Translations under genes and position numbers: made by a program
In this document: positions 31,713-42,226 of the stretch, in pieces
Numbering within the stretch: the first letter of the stretch is position 1
Layout: each line of letters begins with the position of its first letter
Source: a virus
Lineage: Duplodnaviria; Caudoviricetes
Direction: 5' to 3' (one strand)
Length of the DNA: 64,000 nucleotides
Virus record (IMG/VR): IMGVR_UViG_3300014204_000125
Location: 1-64,000 of that record
Notes under the pieces: generated by a model
What the model was told of the DNA's origin: nothing
Seen by the model: only the letters and a program-made list of their open reading frames with translations
Databases searched by the model: none

Positions 31713-32684
31713 TTACGAAAGTTTTAATTTTCTATTTATATTATTAAGACGTTCCAGAATTTCGAGTTCGTCATTATTTTCGAAATTTTCTGATGCGGCA
31801 ACAAATGTTTGACTCTCGCGATACGCCGGATTTGCTACCACGCCTTCCCCGGAAACCACGAATTGCCTATGAATTCTTGAAACGGGGGATCCCGGCATCT
31901 TGCGACTCTTTAGGTGTTCGCAGTAATGGTCATGTTTTTTATTTACGAGGGTTTCAAAGACTTGATGACATTCCGAACACTCAACTTCGAAACTATATAT
32001 CTCATAAGAAAACTTGAGGACCCCCATATTATACGAGTCCCTGACTTGCTTTACGAGAGGGCGAACGAATGGGCGCGCCTCCCAAAAGCGGGTATTGCAT
32101 AATACAATTCCGGTGCGGGAGTCGAGGGTTGCATCCAGGATTGTTCCTATATATTTTGTCTGATCATGCTGCCATGTCGAAACCTGACCCACGAGGGATT
32201 CACAGAAATAGTCAGCGAGTTCAAAGGGAATGACATCTCCATTCACATTTTTCGCCCCGATCTGCGCCAGGGAATGCCCCACAGTGAATGTGCCAAGAAC
32301 AGGGCGAAAGCGATACAGGAGAATATCGGATAACCTCTGGACTTCAGAAGGTTCAAGGGATGCCTGAACCTCGGCACCCTGTTTCCCCATCTCGGGTTCC
32401 GGATCGCTTTCCTCATCGAGATCGTCCCAGCATTTCTGAATTTCACACATAACCTTGTCCATGTCTTCGTTCGAAATATCCTGGGATACAAGATTTTTAT
32501 CTTTGCAGCCCGCTTTGATCTTATCGCATTGTGCCGAAGTTACTTTGTCCTTGGCGCCACAGCCTGAAGCCACCATATGCGATTTGATTTTGCAATAAGT
32601 CGCGTGTGCGGAAGGAAAAAGGAGAGAAGAGATCCCGCCTTTCACGGCTTCGCCTTTCGAGAAATCGAGGTCTTTAATTCGCAT
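31713..32684 (-). CDS. Prohead maturation protease-like protein
   Basis: NVNGD, WQHD..YIG, FSYE, CSEC..CEH, GEGVVANPA; follows the portal gene. Confidence 0.7.
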   Translation of the reverse strand: MRIKDLDFSKGEAVKGGISSLLFPSAHATYCKIKSHMVASGCGAKDKVTSAQCDKIKAGCKDKNLVSQDISNEDMDKVMCEIQKCWDDLDEESDPEPEMGKQGAEVQASLEPSEVQRLSDILLYRFRPVLGTFTVGHSLAQIGAKNVNGDVIPFELADYFCESLVGQVSTWQHDQTKYIGTILDATLDSRTGIVLCNTRFWEARPFVRPLVKQVRDSYNMGVLKFSYEIYSFEVECSECHQVFETLVNKKHDHYCEHLKSRKMPGSPVSRIHRQFVVSGEGVVANPAYRESQTFVAASENFENNDELEILERLNNINRKLKLS

Positions 32685-34530
32685 TTTCTAACTCCTTCCG
32701 ATATCTATCCAGTAATGAATAAACTCGGATTGTAAGATTTTCTTTTAAAGTATTTGTTTTGTTCATTATTTCAGTCTGTTCAACTTCACCGGCCACAATT
32801 AAATGTTGAACATCGAGACTGAATTTATTGGCTTCCTCGAGCATGGCTTCCCTTAATACAGTTTCCGGAATAATATCATTCTCGACGCTCTGCTTCACGG
32901 CTTCAGCGATATGGCACGCCGTGGTCAAGGGGATATAAATCTTGTCTTCCATTCCCACATAATCAAGGCTCAAATCCGCGAAAAGACTGGAGGCATAGAT
33001 TTCAACGATATCTTCGATACTTGCTTTGACTTTATTCTTTTCTTTAGTTTTATTCGCAAGTCTTTTCTGTGCAGTCGATTTAAGAACCGAAGCGGGATCC
33101 GCCTTGGCTGGGCGTCCGTTCTGCTTTGCTCCGCCCGGGCCGGATTGCTCTGCGCCGGCTACCCCCTGAAAGGGAACCGCAGCGGGGCGCCCAAAGCGAT
33201 AATTCTCATCTTCCATTTGTTTCATGTACTCTTCAGTTTCCTGATATTCCTGCATCCCAACGCTGTAATCGTAGATGTCGGCAACGGTTTCGCTCGAGAT
33301 AATTCCGGAATCCCTCTGGGCTTTTATCTTCGCAAAGAATGTTGCGTTATCGTTAAGATCAGAAAGAGACATGTAAACCTGAAGATCATCCACTTCGTCT
33401 CCATTTATCTCCATCATCTTTTCTATGCGCGAACTGTACCAGGCGCAAATGTTTTGACGTATATTCTGAATCAGAGAGCGCAAGTTTGTTAATGCAGTCT
33501 CGGCCGCGCTGGAGCCGCCTTCAAATTTTCCCGAGATAAGGAAGCGAGGGTATCCCAGAGAATCATAGGTATCATCGTCGATCTGGGTATATCTTTCCTG
33601 GTATTTCAGGATCTCGCCATTGGGGCCAGTCCTCAATATTTTTATAGGGCCACCCCAGAATATATTTTTATTAGAGACTCCGTTTGTGCTATCCATGAGT
33701 TGTTTGAATTTAGCCACAGTGGGCTGTTTTGCATTTTGCCCCACCTTATCGTCATAGAAACAAAATACAGTTATATCGTCTTTGATTCCCTGTGAAATAA
33801 CATCATCAAGGTTTCTAACCCTGTCCTTCCTTGCGATATCGGCGAACGCCCGGGCTCCATACGGGATACCCCAGAGCATATAGTCAGTCCCGCCGAGCGC
33901 CATCCTCTGCATGTTTGAAGTCCGGATTGTTACCGTATCGGCTCTCCCCGGATTTAATTGCCCGCTGCCTTCATTGTAGGGCATACTTGTAAACACGATG
34001 TTTTCGAAAAACCCGTTGGCAAGGCTCATATTTATAGCGATCGGATTGAGCATTAAAACATTCATGGGCAGAAACACATCCGGGCCCGCCTTGGGTTCCG
34101 TCTCCCATTTCTCGTAAGGGAAAAAGTTTCCACTCACTATATAATCTTTAATAAGGCGTTGGGTCAGGGTGAACTGACCGCGGATTGTTCTCGGGTTAGC
34201 CCGGTTGACATGTCTTAGCCAGTATTTCGTATATTTATTTACTTTTTTGTTTTTGGTTTTTACAAATACGGTTCCGCACGCGAGACCTATTATAGAATCC
34301 ATAACAGTTCTATAGACTCCGCCAAGGAACCAAAGTTTGTTCGATAAAATAATTGCCTGTTTCGCGATGGTTTCGACAACGGCGCCCTGGGAGATCATGG
34401 AATTGTACTCGGGGATGCTCTGCAAATAAGGGATCGACGGGGTGAACGAAATCGTAGAAGCCTCTGCGAAAACCTCTTCCATCTCGCCACTCGGCGTTAA
34501 TGTTTTGAGTTTTTGCGATAACTTAGACAT
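32674..34530 (-). CDS. Portal protein
   Basis: 618 aa after terminase; WGIPY motif, LGYPRFLISG, low-complexity GRP-containing C-terminal part. Confidence 0.75.
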   Translation of the reverse strand: MSKLSQKLKTLTPSGEMEEVFAEASTISFTPSIPYLQSIPEYNSMISQGAVVETIAKQAIILSNKLWFLGGVYRTVMDSIIGLACGTVFVKTKNKKVNKYTKYWLRHVNRANPRTIRGQFTLTQRLIKDYIVSGNFFPYEKWETEPKAGPDVFLPMNVLMLNPIAINMSLANGFFENIVFTSMPYNEGSGQLNPGRADTVTIRTSNMQRMALGGTDYMLWGIPYGARAFADIARKDRVRNLDDVISQGIKDDITVFCFYDDKVGQNAKQPTVAKFKQLMDSTNGVSNKNIFWGGPIKILRTGPNGEILKYQERYTQIDDDTYDSLGYPRFLISGKFEGGSSAAETALTNLRSLIQNIRQNICAWYSSRIEKMMEINGDEVDDLQVYMSLSDLNDNATFFAKIKAQRDSGIISSETVADIYDYSVGMQEYQETEEYMKQMEDENYRFGRPAAVPFQGVAGAEQSGPGGAKQNGRPAKADPASVLKSTAQKRLANKTKEKNKVKASIEDIVEIYASSLFADLSLDYVGMEDKIYIPLTTACHIAEAVKQSVENDIIPETVLREAMLEEANKFSLDVQHLIVAGEVEQTEIMNKTNTLKENLTIRVYSLLDRYRKELENAN

Positions 34531-35203
34531 TCTTCGTAGCCTCCAATGATTTTATAATTTGTTTTAATCCCGTCTTTGCATTTATCCAATTCGGTTCCAT
34601 CTCTTCCCGGCAATATCGACACAGGGTGATCCCGTTATCCACATCGAGCCGGCGTTCCGGAAAATAAAGAAACTCGTCAATATGATAAATCGTAGTTTTT
34701 ATTTTCCCGGAAATATGAGAATGCCCGCACATTCGGCAGGTAGAATTATCTCTCTTTTGGATTAAGTGTTCCCATTCAACATATCTGGGGTTACTTTTGA
34801 GCACATCTATTTCCATCTCAGATATGGAATATTTCAGAAAAGCATCGCAGTTCCGGGCGAAATCTCGTTTTTTCTTTATAATGGATTCCATTTCGCTCCC
34901 AAAACGAGAGTCAAGAAGATTGATCACATCACTCCGTCTTTTCCTAAAACGGAATTGTAAATGGGTATGATTCGCATCTGTATTCTTGAAAATGGAATAA
35001 AGTTCTTCCGGATCAAATTTATCTTCGCTTTTTTCGAGTTCATAACTTTTCTTCGCATTTGCAATAATTGAATTCACCAAATCCAAATCGATCTGGAATT
35101 TATTTGACAAAATAACAGGGCTATACCCGAACATAAAAAACAAACGCGATATTTGAACTTTAATGTATTTGTAAATAATGGGTTGCCTCATTAGCCGGTA
35201 CAC
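34523..35203 (-). CDS. HNH-family protein (degenerate)
   Basis: RDNSTCRMCG...YHI...RLDVDNGITLCRYC; located between terminase and portal. Confidence 0.7.
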   Translation of the reverse strand: MYRLMRQPIIYKYIKVQISRLFFMFGYSPVILSNKFQIDLDLVNSIIANAKKSYELEKSEDKFDPEELYSIFKNTDANHTHLQFRFRKRRSDVINLLDSRFGSEMESIIKKKRDFARNCDAFLKYSISEMEIDVLKSNPRYVEWEHLIQKRDNSTCRMCGHSHISGKIKTTIYHIDEFLYFPERRLDVDNGITLCRYCREEMEPNWINAKTGLKQIIKSLEATKNV

Positions 35204-36966
35204 CCACCAACATCATCTGCATCGTCTTGGATTCCCATCTGCCGGATCATCTGCACCCCGGCGCTTGCATACACCATAGCGGAATATCTATCCTTTTGAC
35301 CCTTGGCTATGAAATATTTAAAATAGTTTCCCGCGCGCTCGAGTTGCACCTTCGTAAGCTGAATCTTCAGCATGTGAATCCCAAGATATTCATCCTTTAT
35401 CTCCTCCATCCGAGCCAGGTATTCCTTGGGGAGATTATCCGTATCAAAGATTTCCGCCTGATTTATATAGGTGCGAGGCATGAGTTGAGTGTGGGACTCC
35501 AGAGAAGACTTCAAGAAATTATTCCAGATGGTATTCTTTTCCGCAGATGGCGCCAGCATCCTAAGGATCGAAACGTAGGGGGAAGTACCATCCATGATTA
35601 AAGGCGCATTCATTATATCGTCGGGATCTATGATCAAAGGGATATCGGGATACCCAAGCATATCGAGGGTTGCCCTGTTCCTTAAATTATCTTTGATCTC
35701 CGAGCCGGCGCCGCCCTGATCGATGCAAATCAGTCTTACCCCCGGGAACTTCCGGAAATATTTACATATCGTAGCCGTCATTTGGAGATGCGACATTCCC
35801 TGTTTTCCGAAACATGACACAACCCGGAATCGATCCTCGTCTACCATATTCACAACAAGACTAAACTCTGCGTTCTTATATGACATCGAGGACTTGGAAG
35901 GGTCTATTCCGAACACACAAGGGCGATCCGAGGATAGCAACGGGATAATCCGGCTATCCATGCCATCCCGGGACTTATACGAATTAAAAACCATCTCGGG
36001 CCCGTACTCGCGCCCCGAGGAAACCATGACTCTATTTTTGTTCTGGGAATTCCAAATATCTTTGTCAGTGAGAGGGTCCGCAAAAGAGTTGAGAATATTA
36101 TTAAGATCCATTTTGAAATAACGCCGTTTCACGTTCGGGTGATCAAAAGTGGAGTCTCCAATATATGTATCCTGAAAATCAAGAATGACAATCCCGTGTT
36201 CCTTACTCCCATTTTTTACATAATCGAGATACTGATTTATCGTATTCCAATACGCTGTGTAATCGTAGGAAAGGGTGCCAGAAAGAAGGATTGAGTTCTT
36301 ATTTTTTATCGGATTGCGAAACGCATAATAATAAAAGTCGCTATCGCTTTCCTTCTTATCCAAATCACTCATTGGATCGTACTGGACATTCATGAAGGGT
36401 TCGATTACGAGGGTCAAAGTCTCCCGGGGAACATCATCCATTTCACCCACATTAACCCTGAACCCACGGAATCCAAGAATATCGCCGGCGATCGAAACGC
36501 CTTTCATCGAACTCTTCGCGATCTTAATCGTGTATTCGTTCGTTTTTTTACTCACGGGTTTCCGGGGTTCTTCTAGTATTTTAGATATATATTGTTTCGG
36601 AGTCTGGCCGGCGATCTCATTCTTGAGAATCGACTCTGCGTAATCGAACGACTGCGCCGTCTGTTTGAACGAGCCCCCCGCTGTGGACATAATCTTATAT
36701 GCTTTATAAAGGATAGCCAGAATCAGATTGTATTCGCCTTCCTGAAAGGTCTTGGAGACACCACGAGACAGGAGCCAAACGCATTTACTTTTGCGAAAAA
36801 ACATGCGCGCGCATATCCGCTGGTGCGGGGCATTCTTTATCCCAAGAATCGCCCTCGCGAACCAGAGCGGGTGGGTCCGGAAGCCGTACACCATTTTCAA
36901 GTACCGCTTCCGGGTCGCCCAATCCGATTTGACATTTTTATTAGAGAATAGACTTAAAAGTCCCAT
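35191..36966 (-). CDS. Terminase large subunit
   Basis: NAPHQ, Walker A SRGVSKT, LSGT coupling motif, nuclease GIDPS / IDQGGAG / KDRYSA. Confidence 0.9.
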   Translation of the reverse strand: MGLLSLFSNKNVKSDWATRKRYLKMVYGFRTHPLWFARAILGIKNAPHQRICARMFFRKSKCVWLLSRGVSKTFQEGEYNLILAILYKAYKIMSTAGGSFKQTAQSFDYAESILKNEIAGQTPKQYISKILEEPRKPVSKKTNEYTIKIAKSSMKGVSIAGDILGFRGFRVNVGEMDDVPRETLTLVIEPFMNVQYDPMSDLDKKESDSDFYYYAFRNPIKNKNSILLSGTLSYDYTAYWNTINQYLDYVKNGSKEHGIVILDFQDTYIGDSTFDHPNVKRRYFKMDLNNILNSFADPLTDKDIWNSQNKNRVMVSSGREYGPEMVFNSYKSRDGMDSRIIPLLSSDRPCVFGIDPSKSSMSYKNAEFSLVVNMVDEDRFRVVSCFGKQGMSHLQMTATICKYFRKFPGVRLICIDQGGAGSEIKDNLRNRATLDMLGYPDIPLIIDPDDIMNAPLIMDGTSPYVSILRMLAPSAEKNTIWNNFLKSSLESHTQLMPRTYINQAEIFDTDNLPKEYLARMEEIKDEYLGIHMLKIQLTKVQLERAGNYFKYFIAKGQKDRYSAMVYASAGVQMIRQMGIQDDADDVGGCTG

Positions 36967-38123
36967 TAATAACTGAGTCCTATCATTCTAATGTTTGTTT
37001 CCAGAATTATCTTCGACCCGTCCGTCGGATTCGCGAAGAACTGTCTGATAACGCATTTATTCGTGTCGGGGTCTACGGTGAAATGCAGCGCGCCGCACAT
37101 TGTTGCGAGGCTGTCGCAGAAAAGCTGGGCGGAGATATTGAACTCGATATCGCGAGAGAGTTCGATTATGCCTTGGGTGATCACGCTGTGCGCGGTGTTG
37201 AGATCGCTACCACATGAAAGCCTGAATATCTTATCTTTGGAGAGTTTGCAGTTCACGACAAGATAAGACTTGTTTTGGATAAGGCTTGTGATTTTGCTCA
37301 ACTCATGGGCCAGGGTTTCCGAATCGATTTCGAAAGATACAGCCGTATCGCTTGTCATCATAAGTTTCTCGGAAGCGATCCGGTTCACCGGCATTATTCG
37401 ACTCATTATCTGATAAAGCCCCTCGCCGGCCGAGATCATTACCATCGAATTTGAGGCGCTGACTTCGACCTCGCCGGTGGCTAAAACACCTGCGGAATAC
37501 TCGAGGAATGCGGGCGGGATTGCAACCGTAAATTCAGTCTCGGGCGGCTCTACGAGTTCAAGGGTGGTATGGGAAAGCACTTTGCCGTTCGTGGCTTCGA
37601 ATATGACTTCATTCTCCTTACTGAAAGCGTGGATAGCGCACAGTCTTTTGTCGGCGCATTCCTTGGGACCACATGCGAATTTTACTTTCTCAAATGCGTC
37701 GGCGAGATATGGCGCATGGACAAGGAAATTCCAGATTTCTTCCCCAAAACTGGGGGCGAAGAGGGATGTCAGACCGATACAACTCAGGTCTGTTTCGAAA
37801 GATCCCTGCAAAACCTTGATGCGACCCGAGCCTGGGTCCACATCGAGACTCACTTCGATTTTCTTATCGCAGTTCTCTACGATATCTTTGATAAGAGATC
37901 CCTGAATACCGAGGAGCATCGGGGAAACCTCGCCCTGAAACTGCCCGGGCGTTTGAATCGACGCGAAGGTCATACCATCGTTGGCATGCCATGTCACATA
38001 GTTCTGTCCCGGAATCACTTGCATAACCACGATATTCGGCAGTAATAACTTGTTTGCCTTGGCAAGTTTCACTGTCGCGTCGAGAGCCTTGAAAAGGCGT
38101 TCCCTGTTGATTGAAATGAGCAT
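36966..38123 (-). CDS. DNA polymerase III beta sliding clamp-like protein (divergent)
   Basis: 385 aa; INRERLFKAL, HANDG, VKFA..L.AIH..FEATNGKVLS parallel DnaN (VATDGHRLA). Confidence 0.75.
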   Translation of the reverse strand: MLISINRERLFKALDATVKLAKANKLLLPNIVVMQVIPGQNYVTWHANDGMTFASIQTPGQFQGEVSPMLLGIQGSLIKDIVENCDKKIEVSLDVDPGSGRIKVLQGSFETDLSCIGLTSLFAPSFGEEIWNFLVHAPYLADAFEKVKFACGPKECADKRLCAIHAFSKENEVIFEATNGKVLSHTTLELVEPPETEFTVAIPPAFLEYSAGVLATGEVEVSASNSMVMISAGEGLYQIMSRIMPVNRIASEKLMMTSDTAVSFEIDSETLAHELSKITSLIQNKSYLVVNCKLSKDKIFRLSCGSDLNTAHSVITQGIIELSRDIEFNISAQLFCDSLATMCGALHFTVDPDTNKCVIRQFFANPTDGSKIILETNIRMIGLSY

Positions 38124-38138
38124 TCCTTTCGCCTCCGA

Positions 38139-38663
38139 TTAAAATTTGCAAAGATTCTTTGCGCGTACCCTATTGTATTCACTTTTGAAGATTTGATAGT
38201 ATTCGAAAAAAGGAGATCCCACTGTATTACCAAGCCCTTCGATTATTACGAGACAACACGCCGGCGATATATTCTCAAAAACCTCATCGAGTATTTCGTT
38301 TTTATCAAATGCGTCCGAGAGATCATCCCAGTGCTGAATTGGTGCCGTGTTATCGTCCAAGGGTACGGTATGGACATCCCTCTTTTTATTAAGGATATGA
38401 TAGTAAATATTCCTGGAATTAACTCCGCGGATTATCCGATAAATCTCGGATTTCATCGTCTCAAAAGCAACAACCCCATTCTGACAATCCGCAATAACAA
38501 AACGAAGCGCCTTGCGATACACCGTGTAACGAATGCAGTTCATCAATTCATCCCGGCGCTCATAGTCGAGCCGCATCGCGGTATCCCGGACGGTGTCCTC
38601 GTAGATCCCCAGGATCGTATTTATCTGAGATTTAATCTCATCTATATTTTGACGCTTTTGCAT
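38139..38663 (-). CDS. Hypothetical protein, possible minimal sigma factor
   Basis: RDELMN..VYRKALRF..FET..PLDD loosely resembles sigma region 2. Confidence 0.35.
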   Translation of the reverse strand: MQKRQNIDEIKSQINTILGIYEDTVRDTAMRLDYERRDELMNCIRYTVYRKALRFVIADCQNGVVAFETMKSEIYRIIRGVNSRNIYYHILNKKRDVHTVPLDDNTAPIQHWDDLSDAFDKNEILDEVFENISPACCLVIIEGLGNTVGSPFFEYYQIFKSEYNRVRAKNLCKF

Positions 38664-39607
38664 TTCTCTGTCAACACCGCGATTTCGGGTTCATGGCTTA
38701 AAAAGAAAGGGATTATTTGTTTATCTACAAAATCTTTGCAGGCATCGTGTACCGTCATTCCAAGGTTTTGAATACATGCCGTCGGGATTTCTCCTATATA
38801 ACTCACGAATAACCAAGCCTCAATCTCGCCCCGGTTATATCGCTGAATCAAGATATCGAGTTCTTCCAGAAATTCGAGTCGATCCAAATCAACAAACTGC
38901 GCCATATACTCATAAGTCTCAACAGCCGAAGCGATCGTATCGGTTAAATCGTCACTGCCCTCGGTTCTTTTTATTCGGGAAACCCCGAGGGTGTTCTGGG
39001 CTTTCTGGAGTCGGGTGAAAATAAGATCTCTTTCCTCCCCGATAAAAGTCCGGGGATTTCTTTGTTCGTAAAGGGTGAATCTGGCGAGCGCCATTTCACA
39101 AGATAAGACTTCGGCGAGAATCGGGACATCACTCGAATTATTTAGGTTGAAATCGTCTTTATACGCTTTCTCCCGAGTCCGTTTTGTGACTTCCTCTTCC
39201 TCGGAAAGCGCGTTCATATTGAGAATTCGATCCAAATCCGCGGAAGGGATAGGTTTTAAATCATTCTTTTGCGAATCGATTGATTTACGCTGTTCGTCAG
39301 GGGTCGTAATACTCGCCTTGATTTTACGCGGGCTCTCGTACCCGGTCACATCTTTAAGTCTTAAAAGGAAAGCGGATTCGCTGTGTCCATATGAATCAAA
39401 TATATCAAGGAAAGTTTTCTTTATATCGTTCCAAAGAATTATATCGGGATCCTGGCACATCTGGACATCCCGCATATAGCGTTCGGTTTCTTTAAAGATC
39501 CCGAAGAGATCAAACTTGGGATTCGCAGGGAAATCTTCGTTTAAAAGGAACTCATCGATGTTCCGATACGCTTTTATTTCTTTGCTTGTCTTGGGCGCTC
39601 TAGCCAT
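38642..39607 (-). CDS. Possible terminase small subunit
   Basis: Helical protein (YKDDFNLNNSSD..L..EM..R..LGVSR) upstream of terL; start refined to MARAPK. Confidence 0.45.
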   Translation of the reverse strand: MARAPKTSKEIKAYRNIDEFLLNEDFPANPKFDLFGIFKETERYMRDVQMCQDPDIILWNDIKKTFLDIFDSYGHSESAFLLRLKDVTGYESPRKIKASITTPDEQRKSIDSQKNDLKPIPSADLDRILNMNALSEEEEVTKRTREKAYKDDFNLNNSSDVPILAEVLSCEMALARFTLYEQRNPRTFIGEERDLIFTRLQKAQNTLGVSRIKRTEGSDDLTDTIASAVETYEYMAQFVDLDRLEFLEELDILIQRYNRGEIEAWLFVSYIGEIPTACIQNLGMTVHDACKDFVDKQIIPFFLSHEPEIAVLTEKCKSVKI

Positions 39608-39770
39608 GCAAGACTTCCCCTTTGGTTTCACTCACATCGATCGCGTATTGCTCCATACACGAATTCAGAAGATACTTGATATCGTCTTCTGACAAATTCT
39701 TTAAAACTTTTTCCATTTTCTCGGGCGGAAAATTAAACGTGTTACAATAATTAAGGCCGAACGGTGTCAT
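39600..39770 (-). CDS. 56-aa hypothetical protein (below the ORF track cutoff)
   Basis: GAGGTG RBS, MTPFGLNYCNTF...EVLHG; first gene after the promoter. Confidence 0.6.
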   Translation of the reverse strand: MTPFGLNYCNTFNFPPEKMEKVLKNLSEDDIKYLLNSCMEQYAIDVSETKGEVLHG

Positions 39771-39789
39771 GTTACCACCTCTCGGCCTT

Positions 39790-39818
39790 ATTATACCAGA
39801 TATGTTTCATTTCCGCAA
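39790..39818 (-). promoter_or_regulatory. sigma70-type promoter of the packaging/head operon
   Basis: TTGCGG-17-TATAAT with TGn; CATATCTG in the spacer. Confidence 0.75.
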
Positions 39819-39821
39819 CAT

Positions 39822-41231
39822 CTAATCGAACTGTTTCAGGAATATCTTAAAATGTTTTTCCACATGAACAAAATGTTCTTTCTCATATCCCGGATAAACC
39901 CCAATCCAGAAAGCTCTGTCCATTGCAATATCGCAAACAGGGAAGGAAACATTATTTATTGCCGCGATACCCGGCATCGTCTTCATAAGGGGTTGCCGCA
40001 TTATGTTGCCGGCGAAGATCATTCGGGTCTGAATGTTCTGTGATTCAAGATATCGAACCAAAGAACTTCGAGAAAATTTAGCGTCCGGCTTCAGAGTCAT
40101 TACAAAACCGAACCATGAAGGCTCTCGCAACTTGCCCAAAACCGTAGTGAACTGGGAATCATCAGGCATATCTATATTTTCGTTGAAGCCCTTAATCTGG
40201 GACAGGGTCATTTTCCACCAATCCCAGTTCTCGTTGCGCGTTTCAATAAACCCGGGCAATTTTTCGAGTTGGGTGCATCCCACCGCGGCTTGAAACTCTG
40301 TCGCCTTTAAATTAAACCCAAATGTTGAGTAAATGTATTTATGGTCATAGCCTTCCGGAATACCTTCGAATTGCTGGTCGAACCTGCTACCACAGCAATT
40401 ATCCTTTCCCGTCGGACACATGCAATCCCGGCCCCAATCCCGAAGGCTCCGAAGCACTTTTGCTATGTCGGGATCGTCGGTGCATACCATACCGCCCTCG
40501 AAGGTAAATAAGTGGTGCGCGGGATAGAATGAAAATGTTGCTATATCCGAGAAATGAGATATATTCCATGTAATCCCATCCTTGGCGCCGAGGGCGTCAC
40601 AGCAATCCGCAATCATCCAGAGGTTATTTTTTTTACACCAATCCTGAACCTTCGAGGCTTCGAATGGGGATCCGAGAACATGCGCCGCAATCACCACTTT
40701 GGCGTCGGGATGCCTTTTGAACGCCTCTTCCAAATTCTTGACTGTAATATTATAGTTTTCCTCTTGGGTCACATCGCAAAAAATAGGGATAAGTCCAAAC
40801 TGGACAAGGGGAGAAACTGTGGTAGGGAAACATAGCGCCGGCGTAATTACCTTGTCTCCCGGTTTCAGAACGGGATACTCGGTTTTATCGGGATCATTCG
40901 CCCAATTCATTAAAGCCGCGACAGCGAGAAGATTCGCGGATGAACCCGAGTTCACGAATATGGCGTGCTTTGACCCCACAAATTTAGCGAATGCGGTTTC
41001 AAATCGATTCGATATTTCACCGTCGGTTCCCCAGAAGTCGCATACGGCTTCGAGTAAAGCAAGCCTTTCTTTCTCGTCGAATACGCGGCCGGCATAAGGC
41101 ACCCGGAAAGGGCGTTGTTTCGCGCAGAGTTCGTCGTACTGTTTTCTCGCCTGATAGAATTGAGACATAAAACCTTGCAGTTTCGAATACAACGAACTGC
41201 ACCAGTGTTCGTTTTTCCACGGCATTCCCAT
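39822..41231 (-). CDS. rfbH: CDP-4-keto-6-deoxyglucose 3-dehydratase (E1)
   Basis: VPYAGRVFD, VNSGSSANLLA, DCCDALG, SFYPAHH (His in place of Lys), WGRDCxC..DNCC Fe-S motif, YDHKYIYS. Confidence 0.93.
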   Translation of the reverse strand: MGMPWKNEHWCSSLYSKLQGFMSQFYQARKQYDELCAKQRPFRVPYAGRVFDEKERLALLEAVCDFWGTDGEISNRFETAFAKFVGSKHAIFVNSGSSANLLAVAALMNWANDPDKTEYPVLKPGDKVITPALCFPTTVSPLVQFGLIPIFCDVTQEENYNITVKNLEEAFKRHPDAKVVIAAHVLGSPFEASKVQDWCKKNNLWMIADCCDALGAKDGITWNISHFSDIATFSFYPAHHLFTFEGGMVCTDDPDIAKVLRSLRDWGRDCMCPTGKDNCCGSRFDQQFEGIPEGYDHKYIYSTFGFNLKATEFQAAVGCTQLEKLPGFIETRNENWDWWKMTLSQIKGFNENIDMPDDSQFTTVLGKLREPSWFGFVMTLKPDAKFSRSSLVRYLESQNIQTRMIFAGNIMRQPLMKTMPGIAAINNVSFPVCDIAMDRAFWIGVYPGYEKEHFVHVEKHFKIFLKQFD

Positions 41232-42014
41232 TTACTCCCACACCTTCCAAGGCGCATTGCCTTCCCGCCACATTTTCTCGAGATCATTTTTATCTTTTAA
41301 AGTATCCATGCTATGCCAGAACCCGTCGTGTTTATACGCAGATACCTTATTGAGCATCGACAATTTCGCAAGCACAACTTCTTCGAAAGAAAAATTTTCG
41401 TAAGGCATATAATCGAAAACCTCGGGATTACATACCATGTATCCCCCGTTAATCCAGTCCTTTTCAGCTTTCGGCTTCTCAACGAAAGACTCGACTTTAC
41501 CAGAGTCGATTCCGAAATGGAGGCACCCGAATCTACCATGCGGCCGAACCGAAGTGAGTGTTACTAATGAGTTTTGATGTTCGTGGTGTCCGATCACTTT
41601 ATTCAAATCAACATCACAAACCCCGTCTCCGTATGTCAAGAAAAAACAATTCGCACCTATTGACTCTATCGCCTTCTTGATTCGAGTTCCAGTAAGAGAG
41701 TTTTCCCCAGTATCGATTAATTCAACAGAGGAAAAAGGAGGAGGCGATTTATATCCGCCATATAAATTACTTCCTCCCGAAGAATATATCGTTACATCCG
41801 AATTATTCCGTTTATAGTTCACGAAATAGTCCCGGATCATTTCGCCCTTGTAGCCCAATAATATCACGAACTCATTGAATCCGAAATGGCTAAAATGCTT
41901 CATGATATGCCAGAGGATAGGTTTGCCGCCTATCTCCACCATCGGCTTCGGGCGAATACTCGTTTCTTCCCCGAGCCGTGTCCCATACCCGCCCGCGAGG
42001 ATTACAACCTTCAT
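41232..42014 (-). CDS. rfbF: Glucose-1-phosphate cytidylyltransferase
   Basis: MKVVILAGGYGTRLGEET..PKPMVEIGG, LTYGDGV, WINGG, HDGFWHSMDT. Confidence 0.95.
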   Translation of the reverse strand: MKVVILAGGYGTRLGEETSIRPKPMVEIGGKPILWHIMKHFSHFGFNEFVILLGYKGEMIRDYFVNYKRNNSDVTIYSSGGSNLYGGYKSPPPFSSVELIDTGENSLTGTRIKKAIESIGANCFFLTYGDGVCDVDLNKVIGHHEHQNSLVTLTSVRPHGRFGCLHFGIDSGKVESFVEKPKAEKDWINGGYMVCNPEVFDYMPYENFSFEEVVLAKLSMLNKVSAYKHDGFWHSMDTLKDKNDLEKMWREGNAPWKVWE

Positions 42015-42226
42015 TTGATTACCTCGCCCTGGGCGTTCAGTTTTATTTTTGAACAAGCCTTGCGAATAGAAGCCGGCATTTTCTTATAGTTCTCTTCGTT
42101 GAACCTGACTTTAAGAACATAAGTCAGGGCTGTCGCGATATCTTTTACCGTCTTCAATTTGCCAAAATTGAGTTCATATCTGATTTCGGGTCCAATTTTA
42201 ATGTTACCTATTTCTTTCTTTTTCAT
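42011..42226 (-). CDS. Small basic hypothetical protein
   Basis: 71 aa, coupled to its neighbours. Confidence 0.55.
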   Translation of the reverse strand: MKKKEIGNIKIGPEIRYELNFGKLKTVKDIATALTYVLKVRFNEENYKKMPASIRKACSKIKLNAQGEVIK

